Shown piece after piece: positions 28,521-39,206 of a stretch of DNA of 64,000 nucleotides. Where the stretch lies: positions 2,560,001 through 2,624,000 of the forward strand of contig CBDASK010000003.1 of NCBI GenBank assembly GCA_965199495.1. The letters are read 5' to 3'. Position 1 is the stretch's first letter. Each line of letters opens with the position of its first letter. Both the position numbers and the translations under genes were made by a program. The notes beneath the pieces were generated by a model. It saw only the letters and a list, made by a program, of their open reading frames with translations, did not search any database and was not told the origin of the DNA. This stretch comes from Abditibacterium sp. GTDB taxonomy: Bacteria > Armatimonadota > Abditibacteriia > Abditibacteriales > Abditibacteriaceae.

Positions 28521-31406
28521 TTATCGCTCGAACGCCGCGTTAATCAGCATTTCCTGTTCCTTGCGATGGCTGGCCGCGCTGCCGGTGGCTGGGCTGGCGC
28601 TACGGGCGCGATAAACGCCGCTCCACTCGAATCGCTTGGTCAAAACGCGCCAAAAACTGGTGTCCATATGGAACCACGCGCCCATATTTTCCGGCTCTTC
28701 CTGCGCCCACACGATTTTGGTGCCGTCGGCGTATGGCGCTAAGGCGCCCATCAATTCGTCGTTGGAGAGCGGATACAACTCTTCGACGCGCAAGATAGCC
28801 ACGTCGTTGGCGCCGCGTTCTTCGCGGGCTTTGTCCAGCTCGTAATAGATTTTGCCGCAACACAGAATCACTTTCGAGATTTCTTTGCCGCTCCGTCCGT
28901 GCGAATCGGGAATGATTTTCTGCCAAGTGCCCGTCGCCAACTCGTCCAGACTCGAAATCACTTCGATGTGGCGCAGCAGACTTTTGGGTGACATTACAAT
29001 TAAGGGTTTGCGCCATTTGCGCAAGACCTGACGGCGCATCAGATGGAACATCTGCGCGGGCGTCGTCGGGTAAACGACCTGAAAATTGTCCTGAGCCGCC
29101 AACAGCAAAAACCGTTCGGGTCGCGCCGACGAATGTTCCGGCCCGGCGCCTTCGTAGCCGTGCGGTAAAAGCATCGTCAGGCCCGACAGATGATTCCATT
29201 TGTCCTCCGCCGACGCGATGAACTGGTCAACGATGACCTGTGCCGTGTTCCAGAAATCACCGAACTGCGCTTCCCAAATCACCAAACCGCCCAGCGCGTC
29301 GAGCGAATAACCGTATTCAAAACCCAAAACGCTGTTTTCCGATAAAGGCGAATTATAAATCCGTAAACGCGCCTGATCCGAAGCCAGATGATGAAGCGGC
29401 ACGTATTCTTCGCCATTGTTCACGTCGTGCAAAACCGCGTGACGATGCGAAAACGTGCCGCGCTCGCTGTCCTGTCCGCTCATGCGAATTGGCACGCCTT
29501 CGGTTGACAGAGTCGCGAAAGCCAAGGCTTCGCCCGCCGACCAATCGAGCGGCGCTTCGCCCTTGGCCATTTGTAGTCGCGCTTTCAGAAGGCGCTCAAT
29601 TTTCGGATGCGGCGTGAAATCTTCGGGGACGGTCGCCAACTGTTCCAGCAACATTTGCAGCCGTTCTTTGGGCACGCCGGTATTGACTTCGGGCGCGTTG
29701 GCGTCCACGCCGCCGATGTAGCCGCCGTGCGTTTTGCGCTCGCGCGTCGGCGCCTCTTCGTGCGCCTGCGAGAGTTCGTTTTCCAAATGCGTGCGGCGGC
29801 GTTCGGCGATGGCGTCGGCCTCTTCGCGCGTGATTTCGCCCATGCCCAATAATCTGTCCAAATAACCTTCGCGCACCGATTGGCGCTTGGAAATCGCCGC
29901 GTAAGTCAACGGTTGCGTGAACGCCGGTTCGTCGCTTTCGTTGTGACCCAGCTTGCGATACGAATACATATCGATCACGGCGTCGCGGCGAAATTTGCGG
30001 CGAAATTCCATCGCGATTTTCACCGTCGCGGCGACGGCTTCGGGGTCTTCGCCGTTGACATGGAAAATCGGGATTTGCAGCATTTTCGCGATGTCGGTGC
30101 AATAATGGCTCGACCGCGCCTCTTTCTGCTCGGTCGTAAAACCGATTTGGTTATTGATCACGACGTGAAGCGCGCCGCCAACCGTGTAGCCGGGCAACTG
30201 GCTCAGATTCAGCGTTTCCTGCACCACGCCTTCGCCGATAAACGCGGCGTCGCCATGAATCAGAATCAGCAAACCGCGTTCGCGCGCGTAATCGTCAATG
30301 CGATCTTCCTTGGCGCGCAAGCGCCCCATCGCGACCGGATTGACGAACTCCAGATGCGACGGGTTGAAACAGAGCGACAAATGAACTTTGCGCCCGGTCG
30401 AAGTCTGATAATCGTTGACGTAACCCAGATGGTATTTCACGTCGCCGCCGCCCAGATGCAAATCCGGGTCTTTGTCCTCGAACTCGCGGAAAATCTCGCG
30501 CGGACTTTTACCGATAATGTTCGCCAACACGTTCAAGCGCCCGCGATGCGCCATGCCGACGACGACTTCCTGAATGCCCTGTTCGCCCGCCGCTTCGATG
30601 GCCAAATCCAAAGTCGGCAGCAGACTTTCCGAGCCTTCGAGCGAGAACGATTTAGCACCGGTGAATTTCCGGCGAATGAACTCCTCGAAAATGACGGCAT
30701 CGCTTAAACGCGTCAAGATGCGAATCTGTTCGGGCCGCGACAATTGCGCACGGTTTTGCGTGGACTCCATGCGCTGTTGCAGCCAGTTGCGCGCTTCGAT
30801 GTCGTCAATGTGGGTGAACTGCACGCCGACGGTGCGCGAATAAGTGTTTTTCAGCCGTTGAATCAGTTCGCGAAGCGGCAACTGTCCAGAATTTTCGAGC
30901 GAGCGGTCGCAGGCGAAAACCCGATCCATGTCGGATTCGCGAAAGCCGTAAAATATCGGTTCGAGTTCGGGAATGACCGGCACTTCCTGAAAACCCAATG
31001 GATCCAAATCGGCGATGAGATGGCCGCGCACGCGATAGTTGCGCACCAGTTGCGTTACCGCTTCTTGACGTTCTTTGGCGGCGGCGGCCAAAGCCGCTTG
31101 CCCGTCGCTGTTAATCGGCGCGACGGGATTGCCGCCGGGATTGAAAATCGAGGTCGTCTCGAATGTCGGGCCGAGTTGCGTCGAACCGTTGGAGCCCGGC
31201 CCGGTCACGTTGTCGAGCGACTCGAAATAACGCCGCCAATCGGGTGGCACGCTGTTGGGGTTGCGTTCGTAATCGGCGTAGATACCCTCGATAAAACCGA
31301 GGTTGGAATTGTTGGGCAGAGTGACTGTGGTAACAGCCACGGCGTCGGCGTGGCTGCTGTCGGCGCCGTTGAGTTCGGCGGAAAGAGTGGAAGTTGTGGA
31401 ATCCAT
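28521..31406 (-). CDS. sucA: 2-oxoglutarate dehydrogenase E1
   Basis: FSLEG, GMAHRGRLN, GDVKYHLG, HGDAAF, WEAQFGDF, GPEHSSAR. Confidence 0.97.
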   Translation of the reverse strand: MDSTTSTLSAELNGADSSHADAVAVTTVTLPNNSNLGFIEGIYADYERNPNSVPPDWRRYFESLDNVTGPGSNGSTQLGPTFETTSIFNPGGNPVAPINSDGQAALAAAAKERQEAVTQLVRNYRVRGHLIADLDPLGFQEVPVIPELEPIFYGFRESDMDRVFACDRSLENSGQLPLRELIQRLKNTYSRTVGVQFTHIDDIEARNWLQQRMESTQNRAQLSRPEQIRILTRLSDAVIFEEFIRRKFTGAKSFSLEGSESLLPTLDLAIEAAGEQGIQEVVVGMAHRGRLNVLANIIGKSPREIFREFEDKDPDLHLGGGDVKYHLGYVNDYQTSTGRKVHLSLCFNPSHLEFVNPVAMGRLRAKEDRIDDYARERGLLILIHGDAAFIGEGVVQETLNLSQLPGYTVGGALHVVINNQIGFTTEQKEARSSHYCTDIAKMLQIPIFHVNGEDPEAVAATVKIAMEFRRKFRRDAVIDMYSYRKLGHNESDEPAFTQPLTYAAISKRQSVREGYLDRLLGMGEITREEADAIAERRRTHLENELSQAHEEAPTRERKTHGGYIGGVDANAPEVNTGVPKERLQMLLEQLATVPEDFTPHPKIERLLKARLQMAKGEAPLDWSAGEALAFATLSTEGVPIRMSGQDSERGTFSHRHAVLHDVNNGEEYVPLHHLASDQARLRIYNSPLSENSVLGFEYGYSLDALGGLVIWEAQFGDFWNTAQVIVDQFIASAEDKWNHLSGLTMLLPHGYEGAGPEHSSARPERFLLLAAQDNFQVVYPTTPAQMFHLMRRQVLRKWRKPLIVMSPKSLLRHIEVISSLDELATGTWQKIIPDSHGRSGKEISKVILCCGKIYYELDKAREERGANDVAILRVEELYPLSNDELMGALAPYADGTKIVWAQEEPENMGAWFHMDTSFWRVLTKRFEWSGVYRARSASPATGSAASHRKEQEMLINAAFER

Positions 31407-31612
31407 GAAGCGTCCTGCGGTCGAAATTTTATGCGTTGACCGCGCGGAATGGGGCCGGGTTCATCTTTAATATAAGTCAATAAATCAAGGCCGCAATCGG
31501 TTGTCTATAAGTTATGATAACAAATTGAGAGCAACGGTTCCGCTTTAGCACAACATATCGGAGGCTATTTCGCTCGATTAAAATAAACTCGTTCGATGGC
31601 AAAACAAATATT

Positions 31613-32266
31613 ATGGCGATCCACATTCCCTTTACCGATAATTATCGGGATTTATCCACCGACGAAGGTTTTCAATTTCGCTTCAACTGCGAGCGTTGCG
31701 GCAACGGCTATATGTCGAGTTACCAACGCAATTTGACCGACATGGCGGGCGATGCTCTGCGCGCTGCCAGCAACATTTTCGGCGGCGTTTTCGGGCGCGC
31801 GGCCTCTTCGTCCTACGATATTCAGCGTATGGTCGGCGGCGCCGCTCACGATTCGGCTTTGCGCAAAGCTGTCGAAGAGATCAGTCCGCTCTTTAATCAG
31901 TGTAAGCGTTGCGGCCAATGGGTCTGCAAAGACGTTTGCTGGAACGATGACCGCGACCAGTGCGTGCGTTGCTCGCCCAAAATGGATCACGAAGTTGCCG
32001 CTATCGAATCGGAAGCGACAATTAATCAACTGCGTAACAAAGCTCACAACGATGTGGATATGACGAGTGGCGTGGATTTGAAATCGGCGGCGGCTCCGAG
32101 AGACTGTCCGTCGTGCGGCGAGAAAGTCGCGGCGGGCAAAAAATTCTGCGGCGAGTGCGGCGCCAATATGCAATCGTCGGCCAAACCGCACTGTTTCGCG
32201 TGCGATAAATACGGCGAGCCGGGTCAGAAGTTTTGCAGCGACTGCGGCGCACCGATGGATCCGTGA
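31613..32266 (+). CDS. Multi zinc-ribbon (double zinc ribbon) protein
   Basis: Many CxxC pairs; KFCGECG, KFCSDCG. Confidence 0.8.
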   Translation: MAIHIPFTDNYRDLSTDEGFQFRFNCERCGNGYMSSYQRNLTDMAGDALRAASNIFGGVFGRAASSSYDIQRMVGGAAHDSALRKAVEEISPLFNQCKRCGQWVCKDVCWNDDRDQCVRCSPKMDHEVAAIESEATINQLRNKAHNDVDMTSGVDLKSAAAPRDCPSCGEKVAAGKKFCGECGANMQSSAKPHCFACDKYGEPGQKFCSDCGAPMDP

Positions 32267-32282
32267 TGTCTTATGACGGATG

Positions 32283-33683
32283 CTAAACCACGAATTCCGC
32301 GTTCAATTCCTTGAACTCTTCGGCAAATCGCGAGTTGCGAAAGCGCCAGATATGCACGCGGCCATTGAAAACGTAGGTCGCGGGCGCCGATAAATCCGAG
32401 CAGAAATCAGAGAGCATTTCTTCGGCGCGCGAGTTTTTCAAGGCGCCGTAACTCATGGCGCCGAAGTTCATTACAAGCGCGACCAGACACAGCAGTATCG
32501 GCAGGAACGAACGGTTGGCGACCGAGAGAGCCACGCCGCCCATCGCTAAAATCAGGCTGCTGCCCATGCCCCAAAACGTGACTTTATCGCCCATTTTGGC
32601 CGCGCGTTGATGCGTCGCACACGCTTCACATAGCGGCATCTGCCATTTGCCCGATGGCGAATTGAGTTGCCACTGCACCCCAGGCGCTTTTGCATAGCAA
32701 CAGACGCAGCGCGCGGGCATTTCGGGTTGCTTTTTCGTCATCACGATGCGATACGAGCCGCGCGCGTGCGCTGCCAGTTGGGGCCGGTCGTTGGCGGGCG
32801 GCGCGTCTGCGACAATAACCGGCGCACGAAACAATTCCAACAGTTCGGGCACGCTTTGCGGACGTTGAAGCGCATCAAGTTGCAAAGCGCTTTCGATGGC
32901 ACCGCGCAATTGTGCATCGAGCTCGGGCTGCGATTGCGCAAGTGGTGTTAAATGGACACCCGCCGCACGGTCAACCGCCGACAGAGGCGCGGCTCCCGTC
33001 ACCAGATGATACAAAGTCGCGCCGAGGGCATAAACATCGGTCGCGGGCGAGAGCTTGGCGTGTTGCGCATATTGTTCGAGCGGCGCGTAACCCGGCGTGC
33101 CGATTTGCGCCGCAAGCGAAAGCGGTTGCGTGTTGAAATCGAGTTTTTCGCGCGGCACCAACAAATCGAAATCTACTAAAACCGGCGAGCCATCCACCAA
33201 AATCACGTTTTCGGGTTTCACATCCAAATGCAAAAAGCCCGCGCCGTGAATCGCGTTTAATGCGTCGGCCAACTTCTCGAAGCATTCGATGGCTCGCCGT
33301 GGCTGCATCGGCCCGTGCGCCTCGATCTCTTCCAGTAACGTCGGGCCTTCGAGTAAGGCCATCACCAAATAAGTCGTTTCGTTTTCGTCAAAAACGTCCA
33401 ACAACGCGACGATGGACGGATGAATTAACTCTTTCAAACGGTCGGCCTGATGGTGGAAAATGCGCCGAAACGCTTGCAGACAACCGCGCGCCGCGAAATC
33501 GGACGGCACGACGTTGCGTTCTTCGCGTTCGCAACCGGCGGGAAAGCATTCTTTGATGGCGACATCGCGTTCGTTGTGGAGGTCACGCGCGCGATAAGTC
33601 AGGCCAAAGCCGCCGCGCGCCAGAGGGCTTTCGATGCGGTAAGCGCCGTCACGGAGCGTAGTTTCGGGCGGAAGCGCGGACAT
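32283..33683 (-). CDS. Hanks-type Ser/Thr kinase with Cys cluster and two TM helices
   Basis: ARGGFGLTY, AIKE, HLDVKPEN, DFD, GTPGYAPLEQ, TDVYALG. Confidence 0.88.
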   Translation of the reverse strand: MSALPPETTLRDGAYRIESPLARGGFGLTYRARDLHNERDVAIKECFPAGCEREERNVVPSDFAARGCLQAFRRIFHHQADRLKELIHPSIVALLDVFDENETTYLVMALLEGPTLLEEIEAHGPMQPRRAIECFEKLADALNAIHGAGFLHLDVKPENVILVDGSPVLVDFDLLVPREKLDFNTQPLSLAAQIGTPGYAPLEQYAQHAKLSPATDVYALGATLYHLVTGAAPLSAVDRAAGVHLTPLAQSQPELDAQLRGAIESALQLDALQRPQSVPELLELFRAPVIVADAPPANDRPQLAAHARGSYRIVMTKKQPEMPARCVCCYAKAPGVQWQLNSPSGKWQMPLCEACATHQRAAKMGDKVTFWGMGSSLILAMGGVALSVANRSFLPILLCLVALVMNFGAMSYGALKNSRAEEMLSDFCSDLSAPATYVFNGRVHIWRFRNSRFAEEFKELNAEFVV

Positions 33684-33727
33684 AAAACGGTGATTAAACG
33701 AGCGAGTTGAGCGATTCGTTGCGTTTG

Positions 33728-33844
33728 TTTCATAGCTTGAAAGCTATGGCAGATGGCTGCGCCGGACGTGCTTCGCACTGAAATGAACACCAAGTGCGAA
33801 GCACGTTCGGCGCAGCCATCTGCCGTGGGCTTTAGCCCACGAAA
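33728..33844. repeat. REP doublet with long inner stem
   Basis: Inner arms at 33748-33779 and 33793-33824; terminal hairpins catagcttgaaagctatg and cgtgggctttagcccacg. Confidence 0.8.
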
Positions 33845-33847
33845 TGC

Positions 33848-34603
33848 TCAAAACTTCAGATTCCACTCGTCGCGCCCATAACGTTCCCCAACCAATTCAT
33901 CCAACGCGCCCGCCGCAATCGTCTCCGCCGCTTCGCCCGCGCTCCACGCCTGACACAAAACGGCTTTAATATCAGCGCGCGAAACCGGCAAATTGCGAAT
34001 GAAATCGCGATGAGAACGGCGCGCGCGATAATCCGGTTCTTTCGACGGCGCGCGCAATAATCGCTGCACCAAATCTAAATCGAAATCCAATAAAATTGTG
34101 CCGTGAAACAAAAAATGGCGCGCCTTGCGCCGTTGCGCGTTGCCGGAAAACTTGAGGTTCCCGGTCGCCAAATCGGTATATCCGGCCACAGCCACGGCGA
34201 CGCCCAACAATTGTTCAAAGGCGGCGCGCTGCGTTTCCATGACCAATTTATTGGTCGCCTCGACATTCAAAGTTTCGCCCGGCGCAATCGAATGAATGAG
34301 CGCATAATTCAAACAACCCGGCCCCTGCAAAACGGTTCCGCCGCCCGAAACGCGGCGCAAAACCGGGACGTTTGCCGCCGCGCACGCGGACAAATTCGCC
34401 TCGATTTCGGCGCGGTTGGTGTAACCCAGCGCCACGAAATAGCAGGGCGATTCCCAGAAACGCAACGTCGCCGGGCGCGCGCCGTTTTCGGCTTGAATCA
34501 ACAGCCATTCGTCGGCGGCCAGATTACGCGCGGGCGTCGGGAAAGATTGATCGAGAAATTGCAAGGACACAGAGTTTAGAACGCCGTGGCTTGAGCTTTG
34601 CAT
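33848..34603 (-). CDS. Lipoate--protein ligase family protein (start uncertain)
   Basis: NLAADE, RRVSGGGTV, KFSGNAQ, HGTIL. Confidence 0.9.
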   Translation of the reverse strand: MQSSSHGVLNSVSLQFLDQSFPTPARNLAADEWLLIQAENGARPATLRFWESPCYFVALGYTNRAEIEANLSACAAANVPVLRRVSGGGTVLQGPGCLNYALIHSIAPGETLNVEATNKLVMETQRAAFEQLLGVAVAVAGYTDLATGNLKFSGNAQRRKARHFLFHGTILLDFDLDLVQRLLRAPSKEPDYRARRSHRDFIRNLPVSRADIKAVLCQAWSAGEAAETIAAGALDELVGERYGRDEWNLKF

Positions 34604-34617
34604 TTTGATTTGTTCTC

Positions 34618-35178
34618 ATGGCAAAACTTGATGGAAAACGCGTCGCGATTTTGGCGACCGATGGTTACGAACAATCCGAACTTACAGAGCCGCTGCAAGC
34701 CCTCAAAAACGCGGGCGCCCAAGTGCATATCGTTTCGCTCAAACCGGGCATTATTAAAGGTTGGAAAGACGAAAACTGGGGCGACAGCGTCAACGTGGAC
34801 TTCACGGTTGACGAGGCCAACGCCGCGCAATACGACGCTCTCGTGCTGCCCGGCGGCGTGATGAATCCCGACAAACTGCGCGTCAACGAGATGGCGGTTT
34901 CGTTTGTCACCGGCTTTTTCGAGCGCGGTTTGCCCGTCGGCGCGATTTGCCACGGCCCTTGGACTTTGATCAACGCGCAAGTCGTGGATGGCCGCACGCT
35001 GACGAGTTGGCCTTCGCTGCAACAAGATTTGGAAAACGCGGGCGCGACCTGGGTGGACGAAGAAGTCGTGTGCGACCAAGGTTTGGTGACCAGCCGCAAA
35101 CCCGCCGATTTGCCCGCGTTTTGCGACAAGCTCGTCGAAGAAATCGCCGAAGGTTTCCACGAAGGCCAAACGGCTTAA
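34618..35178 (+). CDS. PfpI/DJ-1 family protein
   Basis: DGYEQSE, LPGG, AICHGPW, TSRKPADL. Confidence 0.93.
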   Translation: MAKLDGKRVAILATDGYEQSELTEPLQALKNAGAQVHIVSLKPGIIKGWKDENWGDSVNVDFTVDEANAAQYDALVLPGGVMNPDKLRVNEMAVSFVTGFFERGLPVGAICHGPWTLINAQVVDGRTLTSWPSLQQDLENAGATWVDEEVVCDQGLVTSRKPADLPAFCDKLVEEIAEGFHEGQTA

Positions 35179-35194
35179 CTGGCGAAAATCATCC

Positions 35195-35235
35195 AAGACC
35201 TCGCAACAACTTTCCCGTTGTCGCGAGGTCTTTTT
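35195..35235 (+). terminator. Intrinsic terminator
   Basis: aagacctcgcaacaac...gttgtcgcgaggtcttttt. Confidence 0.65.
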
Positions 35236-35239
35236 GCGT

Positions 35240-35932
35240 ATGAAAACCGTTTATTTTCTGTTTGGCGCCCTTGCATTTGCGCCGTGTTATGCCGCCGTGG
35301 CTGATGTTGCGGCGCCAGTCTCCGCCGAAACCGCGCAACGCGAACGCGATGCAACGGCGGCGGCGTTGGTGCGGTTAATTTCGGCCCGTTTGGACAATGA
35401 TTTCTGGCGCGTGGATTATCAGCCACAATTTGATTTGATCGAGGTGCAAAGCCGCAAACCAGACTGGGTTATGCCCGGAGTTCTTATCAATAGTCCGCCG
35501 CTTGATAGAATAAAACCAGAATTGATTAATTTCGGTTTTTCGCTGCGAGTCAAACCTTTGGTCTCGCCCGCAGACTACGCGCGTTTTCAATCTGGAAATG
35601 CCGCAATTCACATGCAGTTGGCACAGATGCAAAAGCAAATGAAAGACATTGGCCACAAATGCGATTCGTATTTGCCCAAGGACGCGGCGGAAAAAAAACG
35701 CGTTGATGCGTATAACAATGCCAAAGACAACATCCATTCTTTGCCACTTTTTTACTTCCGCGACCTGAGTCTGTCTCTCGTTTATTACGACGGGCAGCCA
35801 GTGTTTGAAAGCGCCAGATTGTTCGATCCCAACGTCCAACCTTACGAGCCACCTCCGTGGCAACTAAAGCAAAAAGCGGCGGCGCTTGCGGTGGCAGAAA
35901 TTGTGAGGCGCTACGAGACCCCAATAAAATGA
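35240..35932 (+). CDS. Hypothetical secreted protein
   Basis: Signal peptide MKTVYFLFGALAFAPCYA. Confidence 0.6.
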   Translation: MKTVYFLFGALAFAPCYAAVADVAAPVSAETAQRERDATAAALVRLISARLDNDFWRVDYQPQFDLIEVQSRKPDWVMPGVLINSPPLDRIKPELINFGFSLRVKPLVSPADYARFQSGNAAIHMQLAQMQKQMKDIGHKCDSYLPKDAAEKKRVDAYNNAKDNIHSLPLFYFRDLSLSLVYYDGQPVFESARLFDPNVQPYEPPPWQLKQKAAALAVAEIVRRYETPIK

Positions 35933-35951
35933 ATCGGGCAAACTCGCAGGG

Positions 35952-36530
35952 ATGCAAACGCAAACCAATTCCCCAATTCAATCCGAGCGTCAGAAAATGC
36001 TGGCGGGCGAACTTTATCTCGCCTCCGACCCCGAACTGACGAAAATGCGCGAGCGCGCCCGCCAAATCACGCGCGCATACAACTCGACCATCGAAACCGA
36101 ACGCGATTTGCGGCGCACCTTGCTCAATCGCTTGCTGGGCCAAATGCCGCCCAAACTCGAAATCGAGCCGCCGTTTCGCTGCGACTACGGCACCAACATT
36201 TATATCGGTCAGAATTTCTACGCCAACTTCGGCGTCGTTATGCTCGATTGCGCCGCCATTCACATCGGTGAAAACGTGATGCTCGCGCCCAACGTGCAGC
36301 TTTACACGGCTTATCATCCGCTCGACGTGGCTGTGCGCATTAGCGGCCTCGAAGCGGCGTCGCCCATCACCATCGGCGACAACGTGTGGATTGGCGGTGG
36401 CTCCATCGTGTTGCCGGGCGTGACGATTGGCGAGAATTCGGTTATCGGCGCGGGTAGCGTCGTGACCAAAGATATTCCGGCCAATGTGGTGGCTGTCGGC
36501 AATCCATGCCGCGTGATTCGCGAACTTTGA
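35952..36530 (+). CDS. maa: Maltose/sugar O-acetyltransferase
   Basis: KMLAGELY, PPFRCDYG, hexapeptide repeats, GNPCRVIR. Confidence 0.9.
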   Translation: MQTQTNSPIQSERQKMLAGELYLASDPELTKMRERARQITRAYNSTIETERDLRRTLLNRLLGQMPPKLEIEPPFRCDYGTNIYIGQNFYANFGVVMLDCAAIHIGENVMLAPNVQLYTAYHPLDVAVRISGLEAASPITIGDNVWIGGGSIVLPGVTIGENSVIGAGSVVTKDIPANVVAVGNPCRVIREL

Positions 36531-36545
36531 AATTGCGATTTTATC

Positions 36546-36576
36546 GTGGGGACAAACGGACTGCCGTTTGTCCCAC
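36546..36576. repeat. Solo REP-like hairpin
   Basis: gtggggacaaacgg-actg-ccgtttgtcccac. Confidence 0.55.
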
Positions 36577-36752
36577 CAAATTCAAAGGGGAAACTAAGGC
36601 GAAAGTTCGCTGTGATTCTGGCTCTAAGTGGCTGATAAAACTCTCAGAGTTTTGCTTTTTGGGGCGTCATCGGCTATCCTACAACTGAAAAATCGAACTT
36701 AATCGGCGATTCTTCGTTTTGTTTTACCCCGCTTCGGCGAGGAATCCTTTTC

Positions 36753-38474
36753 ATGCAAATTAGTTTTAATCGCTCTAAAAGTTCGCTCGTTCTCGCTGCT
36801 GTGGGAGTTTTTTGCTGCGCCTCTCTGGCGAGCGCGGCGCCCGGTTCGCTGGGTGGCCCCGAAGCCAATCTGGCCGATGGCGGAATCAATCGCAAAATTG
36901 AGACCAAAACCACAACGCCCGCGCCGACTTACCAATCTAACGCGCAGACGCGGCCCTCGACCAACGTGCCGCCCTCCGGCCAACCGTTCGTGCCGGGCGT
37001 TGATTATTCCAGCGCGACAGACAAAGGTGGCACCCTCGCGCAGCCACCGGCAGCGCTTGGCCCGGCTCCGTTCGATCTGGGCAAAATCAAGCGCATGCAA
37101 ATCGGTAACTATTCGATTCGCGAACAACCGCTACGCGTCGGCAACCTCGATGTGTTGGCGCCCTTGGTCGAAGAGTTGCCGATGGTCGGCGCGACGGTGA
37201 CCAGCGCCGATCCGCGCAATATGCCCGGCAATCTCAACACGCCGACCAATGCGCAATATTTTCAGATCAACCTGCCGCGCGGCGAGCCAATCGTGATGTC
37301 GGCGGGCAGCGCCGTGGCTTATGTCGGCGGCAACGAAGTCACCCTGCGCGCCGCGCCTCTGGTGATTGACCGCCAAATCTGGCTGCCGGTTTTCTCGATT
37401 GCGCCTTTGATGGGCGCCGCCACGCGTTTGAATCCACAGGGCACGCTTTATCTTTCGCCCACGATTCAGAGTGTCGAATTGTTCCCGGTCAACGATACCA
37501 TCGCCGTCACCATCAAGGCTTCGATGCCGGTGCCGCGCAATGCCTATAAAATTACGCAGATAGACGGCGCCAACCCCAAAACTCTGATCGAGTTCGACGG
37601 TTTTTCAATGGGTTTTGACGCCGGAAATTCGACGATGGAACGTTTGGTCGCGCCCGGTCGCAATCAGGTCAAAGGCGTGCGCGCCGCGCAGGGCGAATTT
37701 TTCCCCGACAAAACGCGCGTGGTTATTGACTACAAATCGTCGCTCGATGCGACGGTGCAAAAGGTCAGCGACCCCACAATTTTCGCTCTCGTTCTGACGC
37801 CGCCCAGCAAAGCGCCGCTCGTATTGCCACCCGATCAATTCGATCCCGCTCCGCCCATTGCCAACCCGGCGGCGCCCTACGATCCCGTCACCACTATAAA
37901 CCCGATTGGCAAACCTTTGCAGGGTTTGACAATTGTGATTGACGCCGGACACGGCGGCCACGATACCGGCGCGCCCGGCCTTAAATCGCTCGAAAAACAA
38001 GATACGCTCGCCATCGCCAAAAATTTGCAACGCATTCTGGTCGAGCGCGGCGCCAACGCGTTGCTCTCGCGCAGCAATGATACTTACATTACGCTGCAAG
38101 GCCGCGTTGATTTCGCGCAAAGCCGCAACGCTGATTTGTTCATTTCGATTCACATGAACTCGTCGCCCAGTTCGGCTTCCAACGGCACCGAGACCTTCTT
38201 TTACACTTCGCAATCGCAGTTTTTGGCGCGCGAAATCCACAAAGAGTTCATCGGAGCCACGGGCCGCAAAAGTCGTGGCGTTTCGCAGGCGCGCTTCTAC
38301 GTGATTCGCAAAACCACGATGCCTTCGGTTTTGCTCGAATGCGCGTTTATTTCCAACCCGACCGAAGAAAACCTCGCGCTCACTACGGCGTGGCGCGAAC
38401 GCGTCGCGCAGGGCGTAACGCGCGGCGTGATAAATTACGTCGAACATTATGGCGCCACCGGACGCCGAGGCTAA
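36753..38474 (+). CDS. N-acetylmuramoyl-L-alanine amidase (Amidase_3) with N-terminal stalk/AMIN-like domains
   Basis: Signal peptide; IDAGHGGHD, FISIHMNS, PSVLLECAFISN. Confidence 0.92.
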   Translation: MQISFNRSKSSLVLAAVGVFCCASLASAAPGSLGGPEANLADGGINRKIETKTTTPAPTYQSNAQTRPSTNVPPSGQPFVPGVDYSSATDKGGTLAQPPAALGPAPFDLGKIKRMQIGNYSIREQPLRVGNLDVLAPLVEELPMVGATVTSADPRNMPGNLNTPTNAQYFQINLPRGEPIVMSAGSAVAYVGGNEVTLRAAPLVIDRQIWLPVFSIAPLMGAATRLNPQGTLYLSPTIQSVELFPVNDTIAVTIKASMPVPRNAYKITQIDGANPKTLIEFDGFSMGFDAGNSTMERLVAPGRNQVKGVRAAQGEFFPDKTRVVIDYKSSLDATVQKVSDPTIFALVLTPPSKAPLVLPPDQFDPAPPIANPAAPYDPVTTINPIGKPLQGLTIVIDAGHGGHDTGAPGLKSLEKQDTLAIAKNLQRILVERGANALLSRSNDTYITLQGRVDFAQSRNADLFISIHMNSSPSSASNGTETFFYTSQSQFLAREIHKEFIGATGRKSRGVSQARFYVIRKTTMPSVLLECAFISNPTEENLALTTAWRERVAQGVTRGVINYVEHYGATGRRG

Positions 38475-38561
38475 ACCCCGTAACCACGAACCAAAGGCTC
38501 AAGAAGAACGGCGCCCGCCTTTTTTCTTGAGCCTTTATCGTTTATCCTTCTCTTAATCCCC

Positions 38562-39206
38562 GTGAAAAATATTCCTCTTTCCCGCATTCCGCTCGCGCTG
38601 GGCGCTTTATGTTGCGCTCTGGCGCTCGCCTCGTGTTCGTCTAACACTTCGACCAGCACTTCCACCGAAAATCTCGTGGATGCCAATTCCATCACCGACA
38701 ATGCAGCCACCGACAATGCAGCCACCGCCAACGCGACCGACACCAACGCAGCGCCGACGGTGAAATTTTCGTCGCTCGAAACGATTTACGTGCCGGGCAA
38801 AGACGACCTGTTGCACGAAACCAAAGTCTCGCGCATGGCGATGGATTCGCAGCTCAAAAGCGGCGACCCCGCCGCACCCGGTTTGCAGGAAATTATCGAG
38901 AAATCGCCGCTTTATTTCCCCAAAGGCGCCAAGATTAACAGCACAACGCAAACCGACAAAGGCATGAACGTTGACCTCAACAAAGACTTCGCTGATGACG
39001 AATTTTGGCGCAGCAAGGGCGAAAAAACCACCGAATTGGCGGTTTATGCCCTCGTCAATAGCGCCGCCAAAACCACGGGCGCGCAGGGCACCAGCGAGCC
39101 GCAACCGGTCACTTTTACCATCGAGAAAAAGCCCGCCGAAACTTTGGGCGAGTTCGCCGTTGATGGCGCCATCGAGCCGCAAATGCGTTTGGTTGCCCCT
39201 AAATAA
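38562..39206 (+). CDS. GerMN-domain lipoprotein
   Basis: Lipobox LASC; FPKGAKI...VDLNKDF...LAVYALVNS; next to amidase and murI. Confidence 0.7.
   Translation: MKNIPLSRIPLALGALCCALALASCSSNTSTSTSTENLVDANSITDNAATDNAATANATDTNAAPTVKFSSLETIYVPGKDDLLHETKVSRMAMDSQLKSGDPAAPGLQEIIEKSPLYFPKGAKINSTTQTDKGMNVDLNKDFADDEFWRSKGEKTTELAVYALVNSAAKTTGAQGTSEPQPVTFTIEKKPAETLGEFAVDGAIEPQMRLVAPK

Noticed and set aside
38692..38750. Short direct repeats in the GerMN lipoprotein gene
   Set aside because: Ordinary low-complexity TDNAA linker after the lipobox.
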